From assembly GCA_046597055.1 (NCBI GenBank), contig JBKJLC010000237.1:1-64000 (forward strand): a DNA stretch of 64,000 bases. The letters run 5' to 3'. The DNA comes from Kofleriaceae bacterium. Its GTDB lineage: Bacteria > Myxococcota_A > Polyangia > Haliangiales > Haliangiaceae. Position numbers and translations under genes: made by a program. Shown piece by piece: positions 29,693 to 40,529 of the stretch. The notes under the pieces were generated by a model. It was given only the letters and a program-made list of their open reading frames with translations. It did not search any database and was not told the origin of the DNA. The first letter of the stretch is position 1. Every line of letters starts with the position of its first letter.

Positions 29693-30277
29693 ATGAGCGT
29701 TCTCGAGGCTCACGAGATCGAGCCCGAGCGGATCCGGCCGCTGCGCCGGGCCGAGTACGACAAGCTGGTCGAGCTGGGCGTGTTCGAGGACGAGCGAGTG
29801 GAGCTCCTGTGCGGGGCGCTGGTCGCCATGAGCCCAACTGATCCGTCGCATGACGCCTCGGTGAGCGAGCTGGCGAGGTTGCTGATCATGCGGCTGGGCG
29901 AGCGCGCCAACGTCCGCGTCCAGAGCTCGTTCGCCGCCAGCGACGACTCCGAGCCGCTGCCGGATCTGGTGATCGCGCCCGCGGGCGCGTACTGGACCGA
30001 ACATCCGAGCCGGGCCCTGCTGGTGATCGAGGTCGCGCGGACGTCGCTGCGCAAGGATCGCGGGATCAAGGCCTCGCTCTACGGCCGGGTCGCGGTGCAG
30101 GAGTACTGGATCGTCGACGTGCCCCGCGGGTGCGTCGAGGTGCTGCGCTCGCCGAGCGGCGATGGCAGCTGGGCTTCGCGGCGCATGGCCGGCCGGGGCG
30201 AGACGCTCACGATCGAGGCCTTTCCCGATGTCGAGATCCCGGTCGCGCGGATCGTCCCGCCGGTCGAGCCGCGCTGA
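29693..30277 (+). CDS. Uma2 (DUF820) family PD-(D/E)xK nuclease-like protein
   Basis: RVELLCGALVAMSP, EPLPDL, LLVIEVA, DRGIKASLY, EYWIVD. Confidence 0.9.
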   Translation: MSVLEAHEIEPERIRPLRRAEYDKLVELGVFEDERVELLCGALVAMSPTDPSHDASVSELARLLIMRLGERANVRVQSSFAASDDSEPLPDLVIAPAGAYWTEHPSRALLVIEVARTSLRKDRGIKASLYGRVAVQEYWIVDVPRGCVEVLRSPSGDGSWASRRMAGRGETLTIEAFPDVEIPVARIVPPVEPR

Positions 30278-30321
30278 GACGTCGCCCGGGCCGGGTCGGG
30301 CCGGTCCGCGGGCTGGCTCGG

Positions 30322-31515
30322 TCAGCGCTCGGCGGTCGTGAAGGCGGTGACGTCACCGATGGTCGCGGCGCCGAGCACCAGCATCGCGAGGCGATCCACG
30401 CCGAGCGCGATGCCGGCCGAGGGCGGCAGGCCTTCGGCGAGGGCGGCCAGCAGCTTCTCGTCGAGCGGATAGACCGCGAGCCCGCGCTCGCGCCGGTGGG
30501 CCAGGTCATCCTCGAACCGCGCCCGCTGCTCGATCGGATCGGTGAGCTCACCGAACGCATTGGCGAGCTCGATGCCGCCGAGGTAGGCCTCGAAGCGCTC
30601 GACCACCCGCGGGTTGCCGGGCTTGCGGCGGGCCAGCGCGCCGAGCGGCGCCGGCCAGTCGCCGAGCAGGACCGGGCGATCGAGCGCGGCCAGCGCCGGC
30701 TCGACCCGCGCGACGAACGCGGTGAAGAAGACGTCGTCCCAGTGGTGCGCACGGCCGAGGTCGATCCCGGCGGCGCGGACCGCCTCGGCCAGCTCGGCGG
30801 CGCTCTCGTCGCCGCGGACCGCGACCCCGGCCCAGTCGTGCATCGCCTCGGCGACGCTCACGCGCAGCCACGCGCCGTCGACCTTGATCGTGCGGCCACC
30901 GACGGTCACCGTCGGCCGGCCGTTGACGGCCTCGGCGACGTGGGCGACCAGGGCCTGGGTGTCGTCGGCGATCGCCTCGAGGTCCTCCCAGCCGCGGTAC
31001 CACTCGAGCATGGAGAACTCGCGCTGGTGGTGCGGGCCCTCCTCGCCGGCGCGGAAGCAGCGGCACACCTGGTAGATGCGCTCCATGCCGCCGGCGAGCA
31101 GGCGCTTCATCTGGTACTCGGGCGAGGTGATGAGCCAGCCGTCGCCGGCGGGGACCGCGGCGAGCTGGATCTCGAGCCCGGGCGCCGGCACCAGCAGCGG
31201 CGTCTCGACCTCGAGGAAGTCGCGGCCGGCGAAGAACTCGCGCAGCGCGGCCATCAGGCGGCCGCGCGCGGCCAGGTTGCCGCGGCGGACCTGGCCCAGC
31301 CGCGCCAGCTCCGAGCCGCGCGGTGGATATTCGGTGCGCGGATACGCGCGCACGCGCCGGAGCGGCGCGCCGGCGTGGTCGAGCTCGACCAGATCGCCGG
31401 CGACGGTGGCGCCGGCATGCTTGACCCGGATGTCGCCGCGCGCGGTTCGCACCAGCGCGTCGTCGCCATCGCGCGCGATGACGCGGCCGCGGATGCGGCC
31501 GTCGCCCCGGCTCAC
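30322..31515 (-). CDS. epmA: EF-P lysine aminoacylase EpmA (GenX/PoxA)
   Basis: FLEVETP, TSPEYQMKRLLA, EFSMLEWYR, ERFE, ELANAFGEL, GIALGVDRL; adjacent to efp. Confidence 0.93.
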   Translation of the reverse strand: MSRGDGRIRGRVIARDGDDALVRTARGDIRVKHAGATVAGDLVELDHAGAPLRRVRAYPRTEYPPRGSELARLGQVRRGNLAARGRLMAALREFFAGRDFLEVETPLLVPAPGLEIQLAAVPAGDGWLITSPEYQMKRLLAGGMERIYQVCRCFRAGEEGPHHQREFSMLEWYRGWEDLEAIADDTQALVAHVAEAVNGRPTVTVGGRTIKVDGAWLRVSVAEAMHDWAGVAVRGDESAAELAEAVRAAGIDLGRAHHWDDVFFTAFVARVEPALAALDRPVLLGDWPAPLGALARRKPGNPRVVERFEAYLGGIELANAFGELTDPIEQRARFEDDLAHRRERGLAVYPLDEKLLAALAEGLPPSAGIALGVDRLAMLVLGAATIGDVTAFTTAER

Positions 31516-32078
31516 TTCTTGTTCACGCGCTCGACGTATTCCAGCGTGCGCGTGTCGATCTTCACCATGTCGCCGATGTTGATGAACAGCGGCACGGCGA
31601 TGGTCGCGCCGGTCTCGACGGTGGCGGCCTTGGTCACGTTGCCGCTGGTGTCACCGCGCACGCCGGGCTCGGCGGCGGTGACCTCGAGCAGCACGAAGGT
31701 CGGCATCGAAACGTCGACCGGGCGCTCGTTGAAGAACAGCACCGTGCACGGCAGGTTGTCCTTCAGCAGGCCGGCGGCGTCGCCGACCAGGTCGGTCGCG
31801 AGGCCGACCTGCTCGAAGTTCTGCTGGTCCATGAAGACCAGCTCCTCGCCCTCGCGGTAGAGGAACTGCATGTCGCGCTCCTCCACGTTGGCGGGCTCGA
31901 GCTTCTCGCCCGAGCGGATGTTGCGCTCGATGACCGCGCCGGTCAGCAGGTTCTTGAACTTGGTGCGGGTGAACGCCGCGCCCTTGCCAGGCTTGATGAA
32001 CTGAAACTCGACGATGTTGTACGGGTTCCCGTCGATCAGGACCTTGAGACCCTTGCGGATGTCCGACGTGTCATACAT
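31512..32078 (-). CDS. efp: Elongation factor P
   Basis: KPGKGAAF, PGVRGDT, VETGA-x-I-x-VPLFI. Confidence 0.97.
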   Translation of the reverse strand: MYDTSDIRKGLKVLIDGNPYNIVEFQFIKPGKGAAFTRTKFKNLLTGAVIERNIRSGEKLEPANVEERDMQFLYREGEELVFMDQQNFEQVGLATDLVGDAAGLLKDNLPCTVLFFNERPVDVSMPTFVLLEVTAAEPGVRGDTSGNVTKAATVETGATIAVPLFINIGDMVKIDTRTLEYVERVNKK

Positions 32079-32119
32079 GGCCGGACGCTCTTACCCGACC
32101 GCTCTCGCGCTGTCAAACA

Positions 32120-32402
32120 GATCCAACGGTTAGAGACCTGGCCCCAGCTCGCGGTCCACTCGAACGCGGCGAACGGCAGCTTGTCGTCGCGGCCTTCGCC
32201 GGTGCTCCACGTGTCGAGCCGCTGGCCGTCGGAGGTCGCGACCACGACGTCGACCTGGGGCGCCGCGTCCCCGCCGGCGCAGTACCGGGCGCCGCCGCCG
32301 ACCATGGCGACCTGGATCGTGGTGGCCTTGCTGGCGTCGAGCCACGCCGGGCGGGGCCCGGTGGGCCCGCAGCCGGCGACCACCAGGATCGGAAGAACCA
32401 TG
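32120..32402 (-). pseudogene. 5' fragment of a lipoprotein gene
   Basis: Lipobox VAGC and good codon bias until WGQVS, after which the frame runs into the efp promoter. Confidence 0.45.
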
Positions 32403-32539
32403 ACGGGACGAGCGATCCCGGAGCTGCGAGGGACCATCGGGCGCCATCGTCGGCCCTGGGGGGTGAACCGCGCAATCTCCCCGCAAACGCGCCGGCGCGC
32501 GCTGCGCCCGACACCGGGGCCATGCTACCAAGGATCATC

Positions 32540-33046
32540 GTGGACCAGGCAGAGCGGTATCTGCAGCTGGCGCTCCTGGGGCGGGCCGTGTTCGTGGCGT
32601 CATCGGCGCCCGCGGCCCTGGTGCGACGCCGCGCCGACAACCAGGACACCGACAGCGACTCGCGCCCCTCGCTCGACGAGGAGGTCGATACCCTCATCGC
32701 GCCGGTGCTCGGCCGCCGCCGCGGGCCGCGCGGCGTCGAGGTCTACCCGCTCGCCAAGAAGCTGGGCGCCTCGTTCGCCGACATGATCACCGTGGGCCGC
32801 ACCCCCAACAATGACGTCGTGCTTCGCGACGTCACCGTGTCGCGCTTCCACGCGTACTTTCGCCAGCGCGGCGACAAGTGGATCGTGGCCGACGCCGGCT
32901 CCAAGAACGGTAGCGAGCTCGGCGGCGAGCCGCTCGAGGCCCGCAAGGAGCGCGAGCTCGTGTCGGGCACCGCGGTGCGCATCGGCGACCTCGAGCTGAC
33001 GTTCTACACCGCGGCCGAGCTGTACGGCGTCCTCGGCGGTCGGTAG
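32540..33046 (+). CDS. FHA domain protein
   Basis: ITVGR, VSRFHA, DAGSKNG FHA motifs. Confidence 0.9.
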   Translation: MDQAERYLQLALLGRAVFVASSAPAALVRRRADNQDTDSDSRPSLDEEVDTLIAPVLGRRRGPRGVEVYPLAKKLGASFADMITVGRTPNNDVVLRDVTVSRFHAYFRQRGDKWIVADAGSKNGSELGGEPLEARKERELVSGTAVRIGDLELTFYTAAELYGVLGGR

Positions 33047-33161
33047 CACCGACGCGGCTGGCAGCGCTCGTGGGCGAGTCCGCGCAACCGCGCGGCGGCC
33101 GGCGCGACGGATGCGGGCGGCAGCCGTCGACGGCGTCGATCATGCGAGCTAAGACTCGGGC

Positions 33162-33659
33162 ATGGTCGACCCGGACTGGACGGAACGGCGCCTGTGCGAC
33201 GACGGTGGCTGCACCGGGGTCATCGGCGGCGATGGGCAGTGCAAGGTGTGCGGCCACGCGGCCCGCTTCTGGGGCGACGAGCGGCGACGTGGGCTCCGCA
33301 GCGACGACGACGCCGACCGCGAGACCAGCGAGCACGTGATCGCCCGGGCCATGCCGGTGGCCGAGGGCGAGGTCGCCGAGCGCCGGATGTGCGCCGACGG
33401 CGCCTGCGTCGGCCTCCTCGGAGACGACGGGCGCTGCAAGGTGTGCGGCGCGCTCGCGCCCGATGCACCCGTGCGGTCGTCCGCGGACGCGGGTGCCCGC
33501 GGCGACGACGGCGTTGGCGGTCGGTTCGCCGACCCCGACGAGGACGTGGCCGACGTCGAGGTCCGCGCGGTGTGCCCCGATGGCAACTGCATCGGCCTGA
33601 TCGGGGCCGATGGGCGCTGCAAGGCGTGCCTGCGCGCCGCCGGCGACCTGCCGGAGTGA
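33162..33659 (+). CDS. Protein with three C-x4-C-x9-C-x2-C repeats (putative metal-binding)
   Basis: RRLCDDGGCTGVIGGDGQCKVC / RRMCADGACVGLLGDDGRCKVC / RAVCPDGNCIGLIGADGRCKAC. Confidence 0.85.
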   Translation: MVDPDWTERRLCDDGGCTGVIGGDGQCKVCGHAARFWGDERRRGLRSDDDADRETSEHVIARAMPVAEGEVAERRMCADGACVGLLGDDGRCKVCGALAPDAPVRSSADAGARGDDGVGGRFADPDEDVADVEVRAVCPDGNCIGLIGADGRCKACLRAAGDLPE

Positions 33660-33662
33660 AAC

Positions 33663-34313
33663 GTGGCAGGTCCGCGCATCACCGTGATCGGCGCCGGCGG
33701 CCTGGGCGGGCCGATCGCGCTGGCGCTCGGTGATGCCGGCGCGGTGGTGACGGTGTGCGATCCCGACGTCGTCGAGCTGTCGAACCTGCACCGGCAGGTC
33801 CAGTTCGGGGTGGCCGATCTCGGCGCCGGCAAGGCGGCGGCGCTGGCGGCGGCGATCCAGGCGCGCGGGGGCACCGCGCGCAGCGTCGCGCGGCCGTTCG
33901 CGGCGGCGACCGCGGCCGAGCTGGCGGCGGATGCCGAGGTGCTCGTCGATGGCTGCGACGATCCCGTCACCAAGTTCGCGGTCGCCGACGGGGCCCGCCG
34001 GTCCGGCCGGCCGTACGTGATCGCCGCGGCGCTGCGCTACGGCGGGAACGTGTTCGCCGGGGCGCCCGGCACCGCCTGCTACCGGTGCCTGTTCGAGGAT
34101 CCGCCCGACGAAGCCCCGACCTGCGCGGACGCCGGCGTGCTCGGGCCGCTGGTCGGCTGGGTCGGCGGCGTCGCCGCCGCTGCCGCGCTGCGCCTGGCCG
34201 GCGGCGATCGGGCGGCCGCCGGGCGGATCTGGGTGCTCGACGATCTGCGCCGCGGTCCGCCCCGCGAGCTGGCCCTCACCCGCCGGCCCGGCTGCGGCTG
34301 CGAGGCGCCATGA
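33663..34313 (+). CDS. ThiF/MoeB (E1-like) adenylyltransferase lacking the N-terminal Arg-finger segment
   Basis: VIGAGGLG, DPDVVELSNLHRQ, DGCD, CYRC, TCADAGVLGP. Confidence 0.9.
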   Translation: MAGPRITVIGAGGLGGPIALALGDAGAVVTVCDPDVVELSNLHRQVQFGVADLGAGKAAALAAAIQARGGTARSVARPFAAATAAELAADAEVLVDGCDDPVTKFAVADGARRSGRPYVIAAALRYGGNVFAGAPGTACYRCLFEDPPDEAPTCADAGVLGPLVGWVGGVAAAAALRLAGGDRAAAGRIWVLDDLRRGPPRELALTRRPGCGCEAP

Positions 34314-34756
34314 CCGCGTTCTCGCCAGCGCAGGTGCGGCGCTACGCGCGGCACGTGCTGCTGCCCGACGTCGGGGGCACCGGCCAGGCCCGGCTGCTCG
34401 CGGCCTGCGTCGCGGTCGATCTCGGGGGGGCCGCGGCGCGGGTCGCCGCGACGTACCTGGTGGCGGCCGGGGTCGGCCGGGTGTGGCTCACCGGCGACGA
34501 CGCCCGCGCGGTCGCGCTCGCCCGGTTCCCGCTGGTGCCGGCCGACCTCGGCCAGCCGATCGGCGCGGCGATGCGGACCGCGCTGGCCGGCCGCAACCCC
34601 GACGTCACGGTCGGGCTCGGCCCTCCGCCCGCTGGCACCGTACCCCTGGTGATCCCCGACGACACCGACGACCTGCCGCTCGCCGAGGCCTTCGCGCGGG
34701 GCGGCGCCGCGGCGGCGCTGATGGTGCACCGGCTGGCCACGGGCGGCCCGTCGTGA
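34310..34756 (+). CDS. Short degenerate ThiF/MoeB-like protein retaining the RYARH N-terminus
   Basis: RRYARHVLLPDVGGTGQARL, YLVAAGVG, LAGRNPDV; no GxGGxG, SNLxRQ or Cys motifs. Confidence 0.8.
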   Translation: MTAFSPAQVRRYARHVLLPDVGGTGQARLLAACVAVDLGGAAARVAATYLVAAGVGRVWLTGDDARAVALARFPLVPADLGQPIGAAMRTALAGRNPDVTVGLGPPPAGTVPLVIPDDTDDLPLAEAFARGGAAAALMVHRLATGGPS

Positions 34757-35178
34757 TCACCGAGGATGCCTGGGCCACGCTGAGCGACCTGTGCGAGCAG
34801 GCCTATCCGCGCGAAGCGTGCGGGTGGCTGGCCGGCACCGACCCCGACCGGCTCGACACGGTGCGACCGGCCGCGACCGGCGGCCGCGATCACTTCCGGT
34901 TCTCCGCCGAAGATCTGCTCGCGCTCGCGGCGGCGACCCGCGGGGCCACGCCGCCGCGGGCGCTGTTCCACGCGCATCCCGACGGGGCCCCGACCCTGTC
35001 GGCGGCCGACCGCGCGGCCCTGGCGCCCGGCGGGGTCGTGCTGCACCCACTGCCGCACCTGGTCGTGGCGGTGGCCGGGCGGCGCGCCCACGCGGCGACG
35101 CTGCACGGCTGGCGCGCGGGTGCGCCGTTCGTGATCGCGCAGTGGCAGCGGGTCGGCGCGGCCTGGAGGCCGCGGTGA
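34753..35178 (+). CDS. JAB/MPN (Mov34) metallopeptidase
   Basis: YPREACG and FHAHPDG...SAAD (E...HxH-x7-S-x2-D). Confidence 0.88.
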   Translation: MITEDAWATLSDLCEQAYPREACGWLAGTDPDRLDTVRPAATGGRDHFRFSAEDLLALAAATRGATPPRALFHAHPDGAPTLSAADRAALAPGGVVLHPLPHLVVAVAGRRAHAATLHGWRAGAPFVIAQWQRVGAAWRPR

Positions 35179-35519
35179 CCCCCGATCCGATCCCGGCCGG
35201 GCCACGGCTGACGTTCGTCCTTGCCACCGGCCCGGCGGTCGGCGACCTCGCCCGGATCGTCGCGCTGGCGCGGGCCGCGCAGCGCCGCCACGTGCCGACC
35301 GCGCTGTTCGCCATGCACCACGGCGTGACCACGCTCGCCGCCGCGCCGGCCCTGGTCGCCGCGCTCCACGACGCCGACTGCGACGTGGTCGGGTGCGCCA
35401 CCAGCGCCGACCAGCTCGGCGTCGAGCTCGCGACCCTGGCCGCGGCCGGGGTCGCGATCGGCAGCCAGGACGATCATGCCCGCCTGGTTGATGGCGCCCG
35501 CGTGGTGGCGTTCACGTGA
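35175..35519 (+). CDS. DsrE/TusD-like sulfur relay protein
   Basis: LFAMHHGV, conserved Cys in VGCATSA, GSQDDHA. Confidence 0.75.
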   Translation: MTPDPIPAGPRLTFVLATGPAVGDLARIVALARAAQRRHVPTALFAMHHGVTTLAAAPALVAALHDADCDVVGCATSADQLGVELATLAAAGVAIGSQDDHARLVDGARVVAFT

Positions 35520-36025
35520 CCGCGCCGCCGGCCCGCGCCCCGGCGACCGCGGCCGTCCTCATCGGCACGGTCGACCCGGCGACCGCCGACGAGGCCCTGC
35601 GCGCGGCGGTGGGGCTGACCCTGCGCGGCGCGCGCGTGCTCGTCGTCCTCGCCGACCCGACCGTCACCTTCGGCGCGCGCGGCGCGCGGGCGCAGGCCAC
35701 GCTCCGCCTGTTCGCGCACCGCGTCGAGGGCTCCGACCACCTCGCCACCGCGCTGCAGGCCACCACGGTCGAGGTCTGGGGCCCGGTCGCGGCCCCTGCC
35801 GCGCCGGCCGCCCTCGACGGCGCCTCGCCCCACCCGGCCGCCGTCGAACCGCCGGTCGACCTCGTCCACCCGGTCGCCCCGCGGCTCCACCTGGTCCGCC
35901 CCGGCCGCGCATACCCGCTGCGGGGCGGTGACGACCTCGTGGTAGACCTGCCGGACCGCCTCGACGATGCCACCGCCGACCGCCTCCTCGAACTCGTCGT
36001 CCCCGCCGGCGCCGTCGTCTGGTGA
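35516..36025 (+). CDS. DsrF/DsrH-like (DsrE superfamily) protein, divergent
   Basis: EALRAAVGL motif; C-terminal LLELV...VVW; translationally coupled. Confidence 0.55.
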   Translation: MTAPPARAPATAAVLIGTVDPATADEALRAAVGLTLRGARVLVVLADPTVTFGARGARAQATLRLFAHRVEGSDHLATALQATTVEVWGPVAAPAAPAALDGASPHPAAVEPPVDLVHPVAPRLHLVRPGRAYPLRGGDDLVVDLPDRLDDATADRLLELVVPAGAVVW

Positions 36026-36257
36026 CCCCGACGGCACGCTCGACCTCGCGGGTGAGGTGTGTCCCTACACCTTCGTGCGGACCCGGCTCGCGCTCGAAGC
36101 GCTGCCGCTCGGGGCCCGCCTCGCCATCCTGGTCGATCACGAGCCGGCCCGGCGCAACCTGCCGCGCAGCGCCGTCGACTGGGGTCAGGAGATCGCCGGC
36201 GTCGACGAGGTCGCACCCGGGCGCTGGCGCATCGTCGTGATCAAGCGGGTTGCGTGA
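35967..36257 (+). CDS. TusA/SirA family sulfurtransferase
   Basis: LDLAGEVCPYTFVRTRLALE...ILVDHEPARRNLP; start codon uncertain. Confidence 0.88.
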   Translation: MPPPTASSNSSSPPAPSSGDPDGTLDLAGEVCPYTFVRTRLALEALPLGARLAILVDHEPARRNLPRSAVDWGQEIAGVDEVAPGRWRIVVIKRVA

Positions 36258-36288
36258 CGGTCCTCGTCCCGCGTGTTAGATCAAGAAG

Positions 36289-37823
<1,535 letters not shown>

Positions 37824-37873
37824 CCGGCCGGCGCTGATCGGCGCGCTCGCGCGAACCGGCGTAGAGTCGCAGG

Positions 37874-39508
37874 ATGCCTCTCTGGCTGTGGGTGATCCTG
37901 GGGGTGATCGCCGTGCTCGGCGTGGTCGCGATCTACGATCTCGTCCAGACCCAGCGCGCGATCCTGCGCAACTTCCCGATCGTCGGCCACCTCCGCTACA
38001 TCTTCGAGAAGGTCGGGCCCGAGCTCCGCCAGTACATCGTCACCGGCAATGACGAGGAGCGGCCGTTCTCGCGCGACCAGCGGCGCTGGGTCTACACGTC
38101 GGCCAAGAAGGAGAACAGCTACTTCGGCTTCGGCACCGACAACGATCTCGAGCAGTCGACCGGCTACATCATCATCCGCCACGCGGCGTTCCCGCTGACC
38201 ACCCCGTCGGCCGGGCAGCCCGGCTACGATCCGCTTCACCTGCTGCCGTGCGCCAAGGTCCTCGGCGCCAAGCGCGGCCGCGCCCGCGCGTTCCGCCCGC
38301 GCTCGATCATCAACGTTTCGGCGATGAGCTACGGCTCGCTGTCGGGCGCGGCGGTCGAGGCGATCAACCGCGGCGTCGCGATCGCCGGCGCCTTGCAGAA
38401 CACCGGCGAGGGTGGGATCTCCGACTTCCACCGCAAGGGCGGCGAGCTGATCTGGCAGATCGGCACCGGCTACTTCGGGTGCCGCGACGGCGCGGGCCGG
38501 TTCTCGATGGAGCGGTTCCTCGAGTCGATCGCGTCGGCGCCGGTGCGCGCCATCGAGATCAAGCTGTCACAAGGCGCCAAGCCCGGGATGGGCGGCCTCT
38601 TGCCGGCGGCCAAGGTCACGCCCGAGATCGCGCGCATCCGCGGCGTGCCGGTCGGCAAGGACGTGGTCAGCCCGGCCGCGCACGCGGAGTTCCGCGACGT
38701 GTCGTCGATGCTCGACTTCATCGAGCAGCTCGCCGAGGCCACCGGCCTGCCGGTCGGCATCAAGAGCGCGGTCGGCGAGTCCGGGTTCTGGCACGAGCTG
38801 GCCCGGCAGATGCGCCAGAGCGGCCGCGCGCCCGACTTCATCACGATCGATGGCGGCGAAGGCGGGACCGGCGCCGCGCCGCTGGTGTTCGCCGATCACG
38901 TGGCGATGCCGTGGAAGCTCGGCTTCAGCGAGGTCTACCGCGCGCTCGCCGAGGAGGGCGTCCACGAGGACGTCGTATTCATCGGCTCCGGCAAGCTCGG
39001 GTTCCCCGAGAACGCGCTGCTGGCGCTGGCGATGGGCGCCGACCTGATCAACGTGGCCCGCGAGGGGATGCTGGCGATCGGCTGCATCCAGGCCCAGCAG
39101 TGCCACACCGGCCACTGCCCGACCGGGGTCGCGACCCAGAGCAAGTGGCTCATGCGCGGGCTCGACCCGACCAACAAGTCGTACCGGCTGGCCAACTACC
39201 TGGTCGCGGTGCGCAAGGATCTGCTGCACCTCGCCCACGCCTGCGCCCAGGTCCATCCGGCGCTGGTCCCGCTCGACGCGATCGACATCATCGAGGGGCT
39301 GGTGCGCCGGCCGGCCCGCGAGGTGTTCGGCTACCAGCCGAGCTGGGGCCTGCCGCCCGACCCCGACCGGACCGCGATCGCCTCGATCATGAGCGGCCGC
39401 GAGGTGGTCTCGCCCCAGGCCGCCGCGCCCGGGGTGGCCGAGGGCACCGCCGCGCGCGCCGAGCAGGTCGCCAACGTCGCCGCCGGCAAGGCCCCGGGGC
39501 CGCCGTGA
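37874..39508 (+). CDS. FMN-binding glutamate synthase family protein
   Basis: SAMSYGSLS, NTGEGG, EIKLSQGAKPG, DGGEGGTGAAP, CIQAQQCHTGHCPTGVATQ. Confidence 0.93.
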   Translation: MPLWLWVILGVIAVLGVVAIYDLVQTQRAILRNFPIVGHLRYIFEKVGPELRQYIVTGNDEERPFSRDQRRWVYTSAKKENSYFGFGTDNDLEQSTGYIIIRHAAFPLTTPSAGQPGYDPLHLLPCAKVLGAKRGRARAFRPRSIINVSAMSYGSLSGAAVEAINRGVAIAGALQNTGEGGISDFHRKGGELIWQIGTGYFGCRDGAGRFSMERFLESIASAPVRAIEIKLSQGAKPGMGGLLPAAKVTPEIARIRGVPVGKDVVSPAAHAEFRDVSSMLDFIEQLAEATGLPVGIKSAVGESGFWHELARQMRQSGRAPDFITIDGGEGGTGAAPLVFADHVAMPWKLGFSEVYRALAEEGVHEDVVFIGSGKLGFPENALLALAMGADLINVAREGMLAIGCIQAQQCHTGHCPTGVATQSKWLMRGLDPTNKSYRLANYLVAVRKDLLHLAHACAQVHPALVPLDAIDIIEGLVRRPAREVFGYQPSWGLPPDPDRTAIASIMSGREVVSPQAAAPGVAEGTAARAEQVANVAAGKAPGPP

Positions 39509-39547
39509 TGCCCGCGTAGCCGGGGCCCTGTGTTAGCGTCCGCCGCG

Positions 39548-40105
39548 ATGGCCAGCCTGCTGCTGTGGATGGACATGGAGATGAGCGGGCTCGACCCCGC
39601 CAAGGACCGCATCCTCGAGATCGCGACGATCGTCACGACCGCCGAGCTCGAGGTGGTCGCCGATGGCCCCGACCTGGTCGTGCACCAGGCCGACGAGGTG
39701 CTCGCCGGCATGGACAGCTGGAACACCGCGCACCACGGCGCCTCGGGGCTGACCGAGAAGGTCCGGCTGTCGACGGTGACCGACGCCGACGCCGAGGCCC
39801 AGACCCTCGCGTTCATCGCCGCGCACTTCGGCGCCCGGGACCGCCCGGTGCTGTGCGGCAACTCGATCCACCAGGACCGCCGCTTCATCCGCCGCTACCT
39901 GCCGGCGCTCGACGCCCGCCTGCACTACCGCATGGTCGACGTGTCGACGATCAAGGAGCTGGGTCGGCGCTGGTATCCAGCGGTGGTCGCGACCATGCCG
40001 TCGAAGAGCGATGGCCACCGCGCGCTCGACGACGTCCGCGAGTCGATCGCCGAGCTCCGGTTCTACCGGGAACGCCTGTTCATCCCGCGCGCGGTCACGG
40101 CGTAG
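39548..40105 (+). CDS. orn: Oligoribonuclease
   Basis: WMDMEMSGLD, CGNSIHQDRRF, YRMVDVSTIKEL, HRALDDVRESIAEL. Confidence 0.95.
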   Translation: MASLLLWMDMEMSGLDPAKDRILEIATIVTTAELEVVADGPDLVVHQADEVLAGMDSWNTAHHGASGLTEKVRLSTVTDADAEAQTLAFIAAHFGARDRPVLCGNSIHQDRRFIRRYLPALDARLHYRMVDVSTIKELGRRWYPAVVATMPSKSDGHRALDDVRESIAELRFYRERLFIPRAVTA

Positions 40106-40520
40106 CCGGCGGCGGCGCCGGCGGATCGATCGCGTCGATCGAGATCGCCACCGTGCTGCCGGCCGCGGCCGCGACGGTGCGCCGCACGCGACGCGGCCCG
40201 CCGATGGTGTCGAGTTCGATCGTCACCTCGACCTGCACGGCCGGCGGCGGCGTGCGCAGCGTGATCGGTGCGCGGCGCTCACCGGCCGCGAAGATTCGTT
40301 CGGTCCCGCCCAGGGATCGTTCGCCCTCGGCCACGTCGATCCGCACCCCGCGGATCGCGTCGCCGCTCGGCCCGGGATCGACGACGACCGTGAGCTCCTC
40401 TCGGTCGCCTTCGCAGTCGCGGGTGGCGAGCGCGACGATCATCGCGACGCCGCCGGCGAGCAGCAGGCGCGAGACGAGGCGGCGGGCGATCGGTGACAGC
40501 TCGATGGTTCTTGGTAGCAT
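40095..40520 (-). CDS. Hypothetical membrane-anchored protein
   Basis: N-terminal hydrophobic segment; fills the gap between orn and glgC; start uncertain. Confidence 0.55.
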   Translation of the reverse strand: MLPRTIELSPIARRLVSRLLLAGGVAMIVALATRDCEGDREELTVVVDPGPSGDAIRGVRIDVAEGERSLGGTERIFAAGERRAPITLRTPPPAVQVEVTIELDTIGGPRRVRRTVAAAAGSTVAISIDAIDPPAPPPATP

Positions 40521-40529
40521 CGGATCCGG

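Noticed and set aside
33663..35178. CBASS/Bil-type antiphage E1-JAB system
   Set aside because: No E2, CD-NTase or effector; TusA, DsrE and LarE neighbours point to sulfur transfer
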